A stretch of 63,940 nt of DNA, filler included, from Octopus bimaculoides (Eukaryota), in the NCBI RefSeq assembly GCF_001194135.2. It is 4 parts of 4 records of this genome, joined end to end, with 100 filler letters (N's around TTAATTAATTAA, not from the genome) between each part and the next. Parts side by side here need not be neighbours in the genome. Positions count along the whole stretch, not along the records: positions 1 to 25,203 come from NC_068999.1; 3 more parts are not named here. One strand, written 5' to 3'. Of this stretch, positions 1-11,653 are shown piece by piece. Position 1 is the first letter of the stretch, and each line of letters starts with the position of its first letter. The notes under the pieces were generated by a model. That model was not told where the DNA came from and searched no databases. It saw only the letters and a list, made by a program, of their open reading frames with translations. Position numbers and translations under genes: made by a program.

Positions 1-89
1 GCTATGGTAGCAGTGGAATAAGCCAATGCTGCTGCTACAATGATTCACTTAGAGTTACTTCCCTTAGCGTTAAAATACAAAAATATTCT

Positions 90-268
90 TTTCTCCTCTA
101 GGCTCAAGGCCCGAAATTTTGGTGGGTGGGGCCATTAAATTAGATTGACCCAGTACTTAATCTATTGACCCCATAAAGTTGAAAGGCAAAGTCAACCTCG
201 GCGGAATTTGAACTCAGAACCTAAACATTTCGCCCGGCAAGCTAACGTTTCTGCCAGCTCACCGCCTT
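90..268 (-). mobile_element. SINE family A copy
   Basis: AAAGTCAACCTCGGCGGAATTTGAACTCAGAAC...GCCAGCTCACCGCC. Confidence 0.82.
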
Positions 269-528
269 AAAATACAAAAACATTGCCTTCAAATGGAAGC
301 AGTATTAATATCAAATAGCAACCTTTATATCCAACTAAATGTAGATTTATTATAAGCATGCTGAATATGGCAGTAGTCACCTTGAGAGGTCCTTTCATAT
401 AGACTGACAGATCTAAGAGCACAAGGAACTTTCATAGCAAATACTGCTGTATTCAGTGCTCTGGTTGTATATCCACGTCAAGTAGGATATAAAGATAACT
501 CTTTGATATTATTAGTAACAAGACTTAC

Positions 529-638
529 CATGATAGGTTTAGAACCAGCTTGCTGTGCTTTGATAATCAACTGTTTGCCATTGGTAAATACCAGTTGTTT
601 GGAGTCTGGGGCCCAAGCCAATGAATAAATAGGGGCAC
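529..638 (-). CDS. IFT80: IFT80 coding exon 5 (SAPIYSLAWAPDSKQLVFTNGKQLIIKAQQAGSKPIM)
   Basis: 110 nt; tgtcag acceptor, GTAAGT donor; lies within ORF 478..669. Confidence 0.95.
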
Positions 639-3600
639 CTGACAAAAAATATATAAGTAGAAGCAACAATAATAAATATAAAACACTTTACTTTTACACT
701 GCACTCAATGTCTCTATGTTACTCAGGTAGCAGTTACAAGGAGGAGCTGTAAAGTACCTGGCTTTAAGGGTGTTATAAATGGCCTGGTTGGAAGCCCAGA
801 CTTCTGAGGTCTTTTACAGGTCTTAGAAAAACTGAAGGATTGCTGCAATAAGTGTGTGAATCTGAGAAGGGAATATCTGGCAAGGTTTCTACAGCTGGAT
901 GCCCTTCCTAACGCCAACCACTCCAAGAGTGTAGTGGGTGCTTTTTATGTGCCACCAGCACAGGAGCCAGTCGACTGGGACTAGCATCAACCATGCTCAA
1001 ATAGTACTTTTTACATGCCACCAGCACAGGCACCAGTCAGGCGGTACTGACATCAGCCATGACAATGATTTCACTTGACTAAACCGGTCTTCTCAAACAC
1101 TGTATATTGCCCAATGATTGAATGGCACTCTTAAATGGGCCAGTTATGTGATACATATACACACGGTTTCTGTCTACTAAATCCACACACAAGGCATTGG
1201 TCAGCCCTGTGACAATAGTAGAAGACATTTACCCAAAGCAATGGAATTGAACCAGAAACCATGTGGTCAGAAAGCAAAGATCTTAACTATGCACAAGCCA
1301 CACCTGCTTTTCAGAATAATACAAAAGAAGGAGGCAACTTACTGTTCTGAACTAAAGTAGATCTTAACATCCTTTGCTTTGACCAAATTTTCACTTGTCC
1401 ATCTTCTCCAGCTGGAATATAAAACAGATATTAATTAATATGGTTTGAACAAAGTGCTTAGCATCATTCCTTTCGGCTCTTTAAATTCCGAGTCCAAATT
1501 CCTCCAAGTTCAATTTTTGCCTTTCATCCTTATACTATCGGGTTTGATAATATAAGTACCATTCGAGTACAGAAATCAATGTAACCAACTTGCCCCCTCC
1601 CCTCAAATTTGAAACCAAATTTAGATCTACCAAAATTCCAAGAGACCAAGTGTGCCACTACTGTCTTATGACTCCAGGCATTAAAATTGTAGCCATGCTT
1701 CAAGAGTGTACATCAACCCTAATATTGGTTTTATTGACCATGGAAGAACAAAACCAAAGTGGACCTGAGCAGGATTTGAACCCAGATCATAATAGAATGT
1801 AACTAAATGCAGTATGGTATTTTCTTCAATGCTAGCATGGCCAAATGGTTAAGAAGTTTCTTTTCAGCATTGAATGTTCACCATCCCATTTCCAGTTTGC
1901 CATCACCCCTTCTTTCCTTATTCATATGTTGTGACGGGGAAAAACACAAGAGTATTATTATAGTAGATTCTTTCATTCACTCATCCAACTTAGATGGTAA
2001 AAAGTTAAGAGATTATTTATTATGATAGAACTGAGACCATTTTACCATTTTGGAAAAGTGCACCAAATAAAGCATTGCACCTTGTATCACCTTAATTAGT
2101 CACCTGATGAGAGAATTTCTAATCAGCTTTTCGGCGACATCAATCAGAACCAGAACTGCACTGGTTAAAAGACCAGCACATTAATCACTTAATTAGAAAG
2201 TCTGCTGATTGACTTAGTCCATCCCTGACATTGTGTGATGTGTTAAAGAGCAAAAGCAAAAAATAAAACAAACACACCTGTTCTAATTATCTCGCAAAGG
2301 TAGAACAGGTAGAGAAAACAGTGGAAGTGACTCAGTTATAAAATGATGAGTTAACAGATGAATAGGTGATTCATAATGCTGCAATTAAATCTGCTAATGA
2401 CTTACATTGCTAATCAAAATATGCTTTAATATGTCTCGTTGTCAGTTGTCAAAATCTTTAGAATGTCAGCTAAAATGCTCTGGTGATATTTCGGTACCTC
2501 AGTGAGCTGGCAGAGTCGTTAGCATTCTAGGCGTCATTTTGTCCATCTTTACATTCCGAGTTCAAATTCTACTGAGGTCAACTTTGCCTTACATTCTTTT
2601 AGGAGGGTCAATAAAATAAATACCAGTTATGTACTGGAGTTGATGTAATTGACTTACTCCCTCTTCTGAAATTGCTGGTTTTGTGCCAAAATTTGAAACC
2701 AATATTTCGATACCTCACTTGATGTTTTGAGTTCAAGTTTCAATGGGCATTAACTTTGTCTGTCTGTCATCCTTCTGAGCACTATAAAATTAAGTACCAG
2801 TTAACTAATGGGGGAGCCTATTTTGATCAATCGCCTTTACTCTTCCCAAAAATTTCTGACCTTGTAACTCAATTAGAAATCAATATTTATTGATGATGAT
2901 GATGACAATAATAACGATGATGATAACGATGGACAATGATGATGATGACGATGGTGATGATGATGATGACAATAATGATGATGATGATGATGATGAAGAT
3001 TATAATGATAATCATGATGATGACAATGATGACAATGGGGATGATGATGAAAACGCTGCTAACGACGATGATAATGATGACGATGGTGATGATGATGATG
3101 GTGATGGTGATAACGATGATGTATAAATAACCAAATGCTGATTAGTTCAAAGCACACACTCACCTGTAGCAAAATCTTCTCCGTTATGTGACCAGCTTCC
3201 ACAAAGAATGGCACCCTTGTGGGCCTCAATGCTTTTTTCTAGGCGACCAGACTTGCTAATATAATGGATTTTACCTGAAACAAGTTCATAGAATTTACAT
3301 AAATGGTGTTTGATTATGGTTTATATATTTAAACACCAGCATTGGTTGTCAAGCGATGTTGGGGGGGGGGGGACAAACACAAACACACACATATATAGAT
3401 ATATATAACACAAATAATAAATGAGTATATGCATATATACGTACATGTATGTACAAACTTACATCTACCTGTATATATAGATGCATATCTGGGTACAGGA
3501 CATTGCAAACAAAACGTAGACAAAATGATAAACAAGTACAGAAAACACACAGGCCACATAGAGAACACGGCGGGCTTCTTTTAGTTTCCGTCTACCAAAT

Positions 3601-4676
3601 TCATTCACAGGGCTTTGGTCGGCCCGAGGCTTTAGTAGAAGGCACTTCCCCAAGGTGGGACTGAACCCAGAACCATGTGGTTGGTAAGCAAGCTACTTAC
3701 CACACAGCCACTCCTGCTCATATCTGCTTAACTCTTTAGCATTCAGATTTCTCTGTCAAATGTGATGCTTATTTAGTCACAGTGTTCCGAATTGATCATG
3801 TATTATCTTGTAACACTGATGTGATTGTATATTTTTAGAACGATATTCAAGACCAGATGTGAGGATGCGGATGTAGCTAGTTTGAACATAAGACAGGTGT
3901 AATATTCAGGCCAGATATAGCTGGTTTGGATGCTAACGAGTTAACACAGGTGTCTGTGGCAGTACAACAATACTACAATGGTTATCAAAAGTAAGACATC
4001 TAATTCTCTTGTTCAATACACAGAAGACTATCTTCAGACATAATCTTGTCATCAGGGGTGACTTTATTAAGCAAGTCTAAACATTTTTTTTCCTAAATAA
4101 TGTCTCGCAATCTCTTCTCATCGTTCTTTTATGCATTTTATTTTATTCGATAGCTTCTAGCTTTTTATTCTTGGTTCCTACAAAGAAAATATATTTTTTA
4201 AAAAAAACCCACCAACAACACAGACTACTTTTTTTCCGTTTGTTTTTTTTTTTACAACATCCTTGTGCATACTTTAAACTCTATAATTCTGTTTCTTCCT
4301 TAATTTTTTTTTTTCTTCTTACCATCATTATTATCTCCCAATGTTACATGTGTGATCTATTTTATGTTGCATATTTAACTTTGCAGTTCTATCCAATATG
4401 TAGAAACCACACTACTAGAAAAATAACAATGTAGAAAATAAAGAAATTCTATTATATTCTCCATTTCTCATTACAGAAAAAGAAAAAAGAGAGAAATCCT
4501 AACAACATCGGTAACTGTCTACCATACGACAACTATTATTATTATTATCATTATTACTATCATTATTCTTACTATTCCTATTTCTATTATTATTATTATT
4601 ATTTCTATTATTATTATTATTATTATTACTATTATTACTATCATTATTCTTACTATTCCTATTTCTATTATTTCTA

Positions 4677-4707
<31 letters not shown>

Positions 4708-7700
4708 TATTACTATCATTATTATTACTATTCCTATTATTATTATTATTATTATTACTATTCCTATTTCTATTATTATTATTATTACTTTTGTTATTAT
4801 TATTATTATTACTTTTGTTATTATTATTACTATCACTATCATTATTATTATCATTATTGCTACTATTGCCATTTTTATCACTATTACTGTTATTATTTTT
4901 ACTATAACCATTGTTACTATTACTATTGTCATTATTATTATTATTAGTAGTAGTAGTATTACCATTGTTATTATTTTTACTATAGCTATTACTACTATTA
5001 TCATTACCATTATTATTATTATTATTATTATTACTATTATTTGACTTGGTATCACATTTCCAACTGATTTGTCACAATCATTTCTCCAGTTATATCATTT
5101 CTATTGCTGCCATAAATGAATAAATAAATAAATAAAGATGCTTTCTTTTCTTCGTTCTTCTTTGTTCTTCTTCTCTCCGGAGAACTAAAACATTTCTTTA
5201 GTACCGTTGATATCTCGTGTAAAAGTTCTTAGTTGCAACATTCTTTGAGAATATTAATTATCCAAATACCATGCCAGTGTACCATTTTAACCAAATACAC
5301 TCAGCTTCTGCACAACTAACTACCAACTGGTTGCGCACAGCTCCGCATCGGGTATGTTGTGGCACACTGGTGTGCCACAAGACGATGTTAGCTGTGCCGC
5401 AGTGTAACCCAAATATAATTTTTTCCTCTATACTTTTAGTTATGTTTTTAGTTCAGGTGTGCCACCAAATTCAGGAAAATAATATAAGTGTGCCACAAGT
5501 GAAAAACAATTGCAGAGTACTGTTCTAGAGGACACTTAAAGTACGACCTCTCCCAAGAATACTGATTGGATAGCCATCTTGATGCAAAGCTGTTTGTTTG
5601 GTTTTTTTTCCATTATTCTTTTCTTTATGGCCATCTTGAAGAATAGTGTGGACTGTGTCTATGATATTGTTTGCATGGTCTCCAAGACTGGTATCAGTGA
5701 TAAAGGGAAGGAGAGGCCATGACTCATGGGGAGCAGTGCCACGAGGCATCGAATTACCCCTCGAGACTGAAACCATGTGAACTGATGGTGGTGAACCTTT
5801 CCTGCAGTCAGTTGATGACGGTGAGTCACCATCTCACCCTTGTAAGCCAACGCATTTACATCTGACTGAACTGGAGCAGATTGAAATGAAGCGTTTTTCC
5901 CAAGAACACAACACACAGCTGACCTGGGAATTGAAACCCACGATATCACAATCATGAGTGCAACACCCTAACCACTAGGCCAGATGCCTCCCACATATAC
6001 ACCAGTACAAGTCAATTAATTATTTCATTCTTTTAAAACAATAAATGTTTATGGCTGGATGGGTGGTGAACACAAGTGTTCATAGTTTATGTTCCTATTT
6101 CAAAGCAAAACATCATTTTAAAAAATCACCAATAATTACAATGACTTCTGATATCAAGTTAATTATCAGAAAAAACAAAACCAAAACAGAACAGAAGAAA
6201 CAAAAAAAAAATAAACAAGCAACAATCAAACCAGGCAGAAGCTAAATTTGAACCATTGCATTACAATTTGAAATCTTCCAGTAAACAAGCGACAACACCA
6301 AAAAGGTTATTGTGACATCTGAAGAAGAAGAAGAAGAAGAAGAGGAGGAGGAGGTGGTGGTTTTAGAAGAAACCTTACTTATTCAATTGTATTCATCCAT
6401 TCCTTGATATTTCTAGTCACTATTCTAGTAGAATCGACAAGAAAAAAAAAAAAGATAGAAAAAAAAAAAAAAAGCACAGACCAATAGCACTGCAGCAGTG
6501 CAATAAATGTTCAGTTTTTTTAAAAAAAACATTAGAAAAATTGAAACTCTTTTTTTTTATATATATATATATATTCCTTTTTTTGTGAGGAGAAATTAGT
6601 GTTTTCTTAGAAATGATCCATTTTACTGGGTAACATCTGATTGCAAAAGACAAACAAATAAATAATGCATGTGTATGTACATGCATGTGGGGTGTTCATG
6701 TATGCTTCTAATATACATGTGTGTGTGTATGTAAGTTATATTTCATATATGCATGTCTATGTGCATATATTATATTTTATACATGTGTGTCTGTGTTTGT
6801 GTGTGTGTGTGTAGTCTATTGGATTGGTTTGGAGGAAGTGGAATATGCTGATGGCCTTTGCAGGCCAGCCAAGACTGATTAGATCAATGCGCAGGTATAT
6901 ATTATATGTGTGTGTATCTAAACACACATAAACACACACATACAAATGTGAATGCATGTGTAAATGTGTGTGTGAATGCATGCGCATGCGTGTCTGTGTA
7001 CTCAGAGTGTTGTGGTTCATTAGTGCATTTAAAAGCCATGAAGAGAACATGACACCCAAGTTATTCTTTCTTGTAGAGAAATACAGAAATACTTTCTGGA
7101 AGAAGCTTTTTAAATTGTTGCCGTTGACAGACTTGTCGATGGAATAATAATAAAAAAAATATATATATATATATAATATATGTACAGAAGGAAAAAAAAA
7201 AAACCCAAAAAACACAACCAGACTTCATTAAATTCATCTCAAGTGACCAAACGAAATGACGATGACGATGATGGTGGCTGTGGTGGTGGTGGTGGTAATG
7301 ATGGCACCAATGCAAAGTAACGGTGAAGAAGCATGCCACTGCATAAATTCAACGAAAGAAATCCTACAAAAGGAAAGCTTAAAACTAATTGCCAGCTTCA
7401 AGGTCCAACAGATCCGTTGCAAGACAACCAAAACACACACACACACATACACACGCATGCATGCATACACACGTACACACACAGAGGGGTCCGTTGACAG
7501 CTGCTGTGGCACAAGAATCGATCATATTCCGCATTCGGTGAGCTGGTTTAAATTCTGCAACATTTCCTAGTGCACTCGTTGTAAGAATAATGCCCAGCTA
7601 CGAGGAAATGATTTGGTGGAAGACGACAGATAAATATATACGAAGGGAAACTATAGAATAATAACAGAAAAAAAACAATAAATAATAATAAGAATAATAA

Positions 7701-10700
7701 TAAGAATAATAGCTCAACTGTGTTCTTTGCTTAGTATTATTATTGTTGTGACTGTTACAATTAAATATTCATGGAGGAAAACATATACTTTATAAATTGT
7801 ATGAAATAGAAAAGCTTTCCCCATAGAAATAGCAGAAAGAAATTCTGTTGTTTTTGGTTTTTTTTTTTTTTTTTTTTTTTTNNNNNNNNNNNNNNNNNNN
7901 NNNNNNNNNNNNNNNNNNNNNNNNNNNNNNNNNNNNNNNNNNNNNNNNNNNNNNNNNNNNNNNNNNNNNNNNNNNNNNNNNNNNNNNNNNNNNNNNNNNN
8001 NNNNNNNNNNNNNNNNNNNNNNAAATAACATGATATAGAAATGGAATCACCATTTTCAAAACAACATTCATTTGCATTTCTTTGCTCCACAAATATTCTT
8101 CTGTATAAAGAGGCGTTTTCTTTATTTCTTCCTCTGTTTTTTTTATTATTATTATTATCAATATTTTCTATTTTATTATTATTATTTTTCTTTCTTTCTT
8201 TAGTCGAAAATGAAAATAAAGGTCTCAGAGGTTGTAACAGAAATCTTTAGAATTTAAGCATTCTAGAGATATATAACCATATATCAGTACAATAATAATA
8301 ATGATGATAATAATAATAATAATAATAATAATAATCCTTTCTGCTATTGGCACAAGGCCTGGATTCTTGTGGGGAGGGGGGACAGTCGATTACATTGACC
8401 CCAGTACTTGACTGGTACTGATTTTATCAGAGCCCGAAAAGATGAAAGGCAAAGTCGACCTCGGCAGAATTTGAATCAGACAAAATACCGCTAAGCATTT
8501 CACCTGGTATGCTAATGATTCTGCCAGCTCACCTTTGATTATAGACGAGTGTGACAACCTGGGGTTAAATAACAAAGAATTATTATTTCCATTCCTTTGT
8601 AGTGTAGTGTAGTGTAATGGTAAGTATCCCCACCGGTCATGTGGGAGACCAAGGTTCCACTCCCCGCCAGGGAGGCATTATGCTTTCTTCCGACGGTACC
8701 CCAGGGTGGCCACAGTCTAACGACTGAAACAAGTAAAAGAATAGAATAAATACAGTTGGTCAGAGAGTAATGGCAGGAACCGGTAAAAGACTAAAATATT
8801 TACCATCAGTTGATGTAAGAACAAATGTATCGGAACCAACTTTCTTCCCGCTCCCGGCATCTTTTGGGGTCCATAAAAGACTGGTAGGGTAGACACCATC
8901 AGGTAACGTCACAAATTTGCTGGTTTCGTTTAGGTTTAAGTTCCATTTTAGAATTTGATGGTCATCTGCTGCTGAATAAACTTCTTCGGGAGATGTCCAA
9001 CAGACGCAGCTGACAAGTTCACTATGTTGGAAGGAGTTAAGGTAGCAATAATGACAAACATTGATAAATAATAAGGCACAGGTGTGGCTATCATAAGTGC
9101 AAGCATGGCTGTGAGGTTAAGAGTCTTGTTTCCCAAACCTGTGGTACCAGGTTCAGTCCCAATTGTGCAGCACCTTGGAAAAATGCCTTCTAATATAATC
9201 TTGAGATGGTCAAAGTTTTGTGAGTGGATTTGGTAGACAGAAACTGAAAGAAGGCAGCGATCTGGCAGAAACGTTAGCACGCCGGGCGAAATGCTGAGCG
9301 GTATTTCTTCTGGCGTTATGTTCTGAGTTCAAATTCCGCCGAGGTCGACTTTGCCTTTCATCTTTTCAGGGTCGATAAATTAAGTACCAGTTATGCACTG
9401 GGGGCGATGTAATCGACTTAATCCTTTTGTCTGTCCTTATTTGTCCCCTCTCTGTTTAGCCCCTTGTGGGCGATAAAGAAATAAGGAAACAGAAAGTTTG
9501 TTATCATCACCATCATTGTCTTAGCACCTGCTTGTCCATGCCTGCATGCGTTGGATGGAGTTTATTGAGGCACATTTTCTATGGCTGGACAGACAAGTTT
9601 TCACAGAAATATTGGAAATGAATAACAATGCGTATGTTCATCTGTACTCTCGTCTTGAGATCATGAAATGGTTGTTAAATGAACATCATGGTCACTCAAG
9701 TGATGTTGTTCCTTTCCAGAAAACTGAGTCAGGCCAAGGGGAAATATTATCTTGTTTGGAAACAAGTGAGGGTGGGTGACAGGAAAGGCATCTGGCTGTA
9801 GAAAATCTGCCTCAATAAATTCTGTGCAACTCATGCAAACATGGAAAAGTGGACGTTCAAAGATGAAGCCCTGCTTAATATTGGTTTCAAATGTTTGCAC
9901 AAGGCCAGCAATTTTTTGGTAGGTGAGCAGTAGATTACATCGACACCAGTACTCAGCTGGTATTTATTTTATTGAATCTGAATGGATGAATGGCAAAGTC
10001 GACCTCGGCAGAATTTGAACTCAGAACACAAAGACAGACTAAAGACGAAACTAAGCATTTCGTTCGGCATACTAACAATTCTGCCAGGTCGCCGCCTTAT
10101 AAGACCAGCTTAATATTCATAGAGGACATAATCCAAGTTTTAAGGATTCAGATGAACGATAAACATGAGTGGCAAAAGACTTTGATGTTTAATGATACAG
10201 TTGATAATCGTCACCATCATCATCGTCATTTAAACGTCCATTTTATTTCCCTGTTTGCATGGGTCAGATGGAATTCGTTGAGGCAGATTTTCTGCCCTTC
10301 CTTACCTCATAACTGAACAAGTTTAAAAAAAAAAAAACATCGAAAATAAAGAGCACCACTCGCACGACAGTGATACTCAATTACAGCTATCACGCGATGT
10401 TAAGACAAGGTGACACACACACATACATACGTGTATGTACAACGGGGTCCTTTAAAGTTCTGCCAAATCCATTCTCAAGGATTTGGTCGACCCAAGGTAT
10501 TGCGCTGAACCCAAGACCACATGGTTGGGAAGTAAACTTATGAACCACACACACAGCCACGCCTACTATTACACCCGTCTTCTGAAACGGGGTAATAGAA
10601 TGCATCAACTTTTAATTCGTGTTTGTTTACGAACATTATAAGTACGTGTTTTGTTTTTTGCTTTGCTTTTATTTTTCAGTGTGGCAAGAAAAACACGACA

Positions 10701-11128
10701 GATATAAGCACTGAAAAAAACAACATGGTAACAACTTAAAGCAACGAATAACGTAGACGAAAATAAAAAATAAAATACAGATTTAAAAGCGAGAACAATT
10801 GATAAAATATGAAAAACTGTAGAACGAAGCAACAGGTTAATATTATTGTGGCTTAAAAGACCTGCCAGCAAATTATAACCTATTTTTTTAACTGCTCATT
10901 ACTATATGATATATATAATATCAACTGAGACGAATTTAACGAATGTAAATTTAATTATTGACAAGTGTACATATACATGAAAACATAACTAGTATACATA
11001 CATAAGTAACTTGTAAAAGTTATACAAAGTTTCAATAAAAAGTTTCTGTTTGTATAAATAAATAAAACTGTGATGTAATTAGAAAGGATATGTTTCGGTT
11101 CTTTTTGTAATGAAATCTTGAGTCTCAT
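529..11128 (-). CDS. IFT80: Intraflagellar transport protein 80 homolog, N-terminal WD40 region, 5' partial gene: join of complement 11128-11092, 9025-8804, 3274-3164, 1411-1343, 638-529; continues beyond the left edge
   Basis: Manual splicing gives one open frame: MRLKISLQKEPKH SELVSCVCWTSPEEVYSAADDHQILKWNLNLNETSKFVTLPDGVYPTSLLWTPKDAGSGKKVGSDTFVLTSTD GKIHYISKSGRLEKSIEAHKGAILCGSWSHNGEDFAT AGEDGQVKIWSKQRMLRSTLVQN SAPIYSLAWAPDSKQLVFTNGKQLIIKAQQAGSKPIM. This is collinear with human IFT80 as recalled ([22 protein letters not shown]...GEDGQIKIWSKTGMLRST...WGPDSEKVLYTAGKQLIIK). All exon phases are compatible. Confidence 0.96.
800..1145 (+). mobile_element. Dispersed repeat containing CTGGATGCCCTTCCTAACGCCAACC (relatives at about 9530-9900, 15200-15500, 17600-17750, 17870-17990)
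   Basis: The motif CCATGCTGGCATGGG...GGATGCCCTT recurs at several sites. Confidence 0.6.
1343..1411 (-). CDS. IFT80: IFT80 coding exon 4 (AGEDGQVKIWSKQRMLRSTLVQN)
   Basis: 69 nt; ttccag acceptor, GTAAGT donor; GEDG-x-VKIW WD40 end. Confidence 0.95.
2500..2885 (+). mobile_element. Two adjacent decayed SINE family A copies
   Basis: GAGCTGGCAGAGTCGTTAGC...GAGTTCAAATTC, repeated at about 2725. Confidence 0.7.
2890..3120. repeat. (GAT/GAC)n degenerate microsatellite
   Basis: Directly visible. Confidence 0.95.
3164..3274 (-). CDS. IFT80: IFT80 coding exon 3 (GKIHYISKSGRLEKSIEAHKGAILCGSWSHNGEDFAT)
   Basis: 111 nt; tttcag acceptor, GTGAGT donor; WD40 EAH-GA motif. Confidence 0.95.
3330..3717 (-). 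mobile_element. tRNA-derived SINE family B with an internal TA/CA microsatellite
   Basis: Head GGAGTGGCTGTGTGGTAAGTAGCTTGCTTACCAACCACATGG; body GGTAGACGGAAACTAAAAGAAGCCCG; CGCTTGACAACCAATGCTGG. Confidence 0.85.
3728..3944. mobile_element. TTAA-flanked MITE (piggyBac-type)
   Basis: TTAACTCTTTAGCAT ... ATGCTAACGAGTTAA imperfect inverted ends; a partial relative lies at about 20280-20437. Confidence 0.6.
4530..5040. repeat. (ATT/ACT)n degenerate microsatellite, about 0.5 kb
   Basis: Directly visible. Confidence 0.95.
5330..5527. mobile_element. Possible hAT-type MITE
   Basis: Several GTGTGCCAC subterminal motifs in both orientations; ends not resolved. Confidence 0.35.
5690..5990 (-). mobile_element. 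tRNA-headed SINE, family D (a related head lies at 20875-20980 on +)
   Basis: GGTTAGGGTGTTGCACTCATGAT...GTTTCAATTCCC..TGTGTTCTTG shared between the two sites. Confidence 0.62.
8290..8535 (-). mobile_element. SINE family A copy with an (ATT)n tail
   Basis: Same core motif; (AAT)n at 8290-8335. Confidence 0.82.
8592..8674 (+). pseudogene. tRNA-Asp(GUC)-derived pseudogene or SINE head
   Basis: AGTGTAATGGTAAGTATCCCCACCGGTCATGTGGGAGACCAAGGTTCCACTCCCCGCCAGGGAG aligns by eye to eukaryotic tRNA-Asp (GTC anticodon at 8636-8638). It shows CpG decay and a broken B box, and is followed by a SINE-type tail (GACTGAAACAAGTAAAAGA) to about 8750. Confidence 0.7.
8804..9025 (-). CDS. IFT80: IFT80 coding exon 2 (HSELVSCVCW...FVLTSTDG)
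   Basis: 222 nt, phase 1 to 1; preceded by the U12 branch site CCTTAAC and an AC acceptor; GTAAAT donor at 8803. Confidence 0.95.
9255..9487 (+). mobile_element. SINE family A copy inside the U12 intron
   Basis: Near-identical to 57850-58082. Confidence 0.88.
9890..10080 (-). mobile_element. SINE family A copy inside the U12 intron
   Basis: AAAGTCGACCTCGGCAGAATTTGAACTCAG motif. Confidence 0.8.
11092..11128 (-). CDS. IFT80: IFT80 coding exon 1 (MRLKISLQKEPK + first base of His)
   Basis: ATG at 11128; 37 nt; followed by the U12 donor ATATCCTTT. Confidence 0.93.
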
Positions 11129-11251
11129 CTTCCTGAAATATGCCACCAAAAATAAACAGCCAAGGAGAACGTGTAAAGTTATGAGACAAAGATCGTAATT
11201 GTTTACAGTTGCCAGCCTACAACTCCATGACAACTTTATAAGATACAGTGT

Positions 11252-11268
11252 TGCGCATGCGCGGAAAT
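11252..11268. promoter_or_regulatory. NRF1-like palindrome (TGCGCATGCGC) overlapping an ETS-like CGGAAAT
   Basis: Motif match about 125 nt upstream of the IFT80 ATG; no functional evidence. Confidence 0.4.
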
Positions 11269-11639
11269 GAGCATTTACAAAACTAGAAATTATAATATGA
11301 AAACGAATTAGTTTTTTTTTTCACTGTACTGGACTAATTATCCGGTAAGCTTGGGGACAGAAGTGTTCTGGATTTTCGGATTTTCCAGTTCTTGATAAAC
11401 CTTCAGCTCTTTGACTTCGTATAAATCATTTCGATATTAAGGTATTTGTTTAAACTCACGTAACTAATTTTATTAAATATAAAATATCATTCTTTATTCT
11501 AAAATTTAGATTTATTTTCAAAATAATTTAAATTTTAGCAAACAGTAAGATAAGATAAATTTACGAAATTCTGATTTTTTTTTTTTCGAAGTACGAGGTA
11601 TTTCTTTCCGTCGGGCCCGGTCCGTGTTTTTAGCCTTCC

Positions 11640-11653
11640 GTTGCTATAGAGAC
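11640..11653 (-). promoter_or_regulatory. RFX-binding X-box (GTCTCTATAGCAAC) in the divergent IFT80 / CXorf58-like promoter region
   Basis: Full match to the X-box consensus GTHNYYATRRNAAC, about 0.5 kb upstream of the IFT80 ATG, in a locally CpG-richer patch. IFT genes are established RFX/DAF-19 targets. Confidence 0.7.

Larger units (their letters stand above)
9026..11091 (-). other. U12-type (minor spliceosome) AT-AC intron, IFT80 first coding intron, 2066 nt
   Basis: 5' end ATATCCTTTCT at 11091; branch site TACCTTAAC ending at 9036; intron ends ...TCCTTCCAAC at 9026. This junction restores the His codon (C|AT) and the frame. Confidence 0.93.

Noticed and set aside
2100-2130. CTGATGAG motif resembling a hammerhead core
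   Set aside because: No downstream GAAA, stem III or cleavage triplet; only a small CTGAT/ATCAG hairpin.
4519-5055. Poly-Ile, poly-Asp, poly-Arg, HT/YI/VC-repeat and similar ORFs throughout the window
   Set aside because: Translations of microsatellites with no splice or homology support.
11460-11620. Possible non-coding first exon of IFT80 (GTGAGT donor at 11459, acceptor at 11133 on minus)
   Set aside because: Plausible, but cannot be told apart from an unspliced 5' UTR without transcript data.
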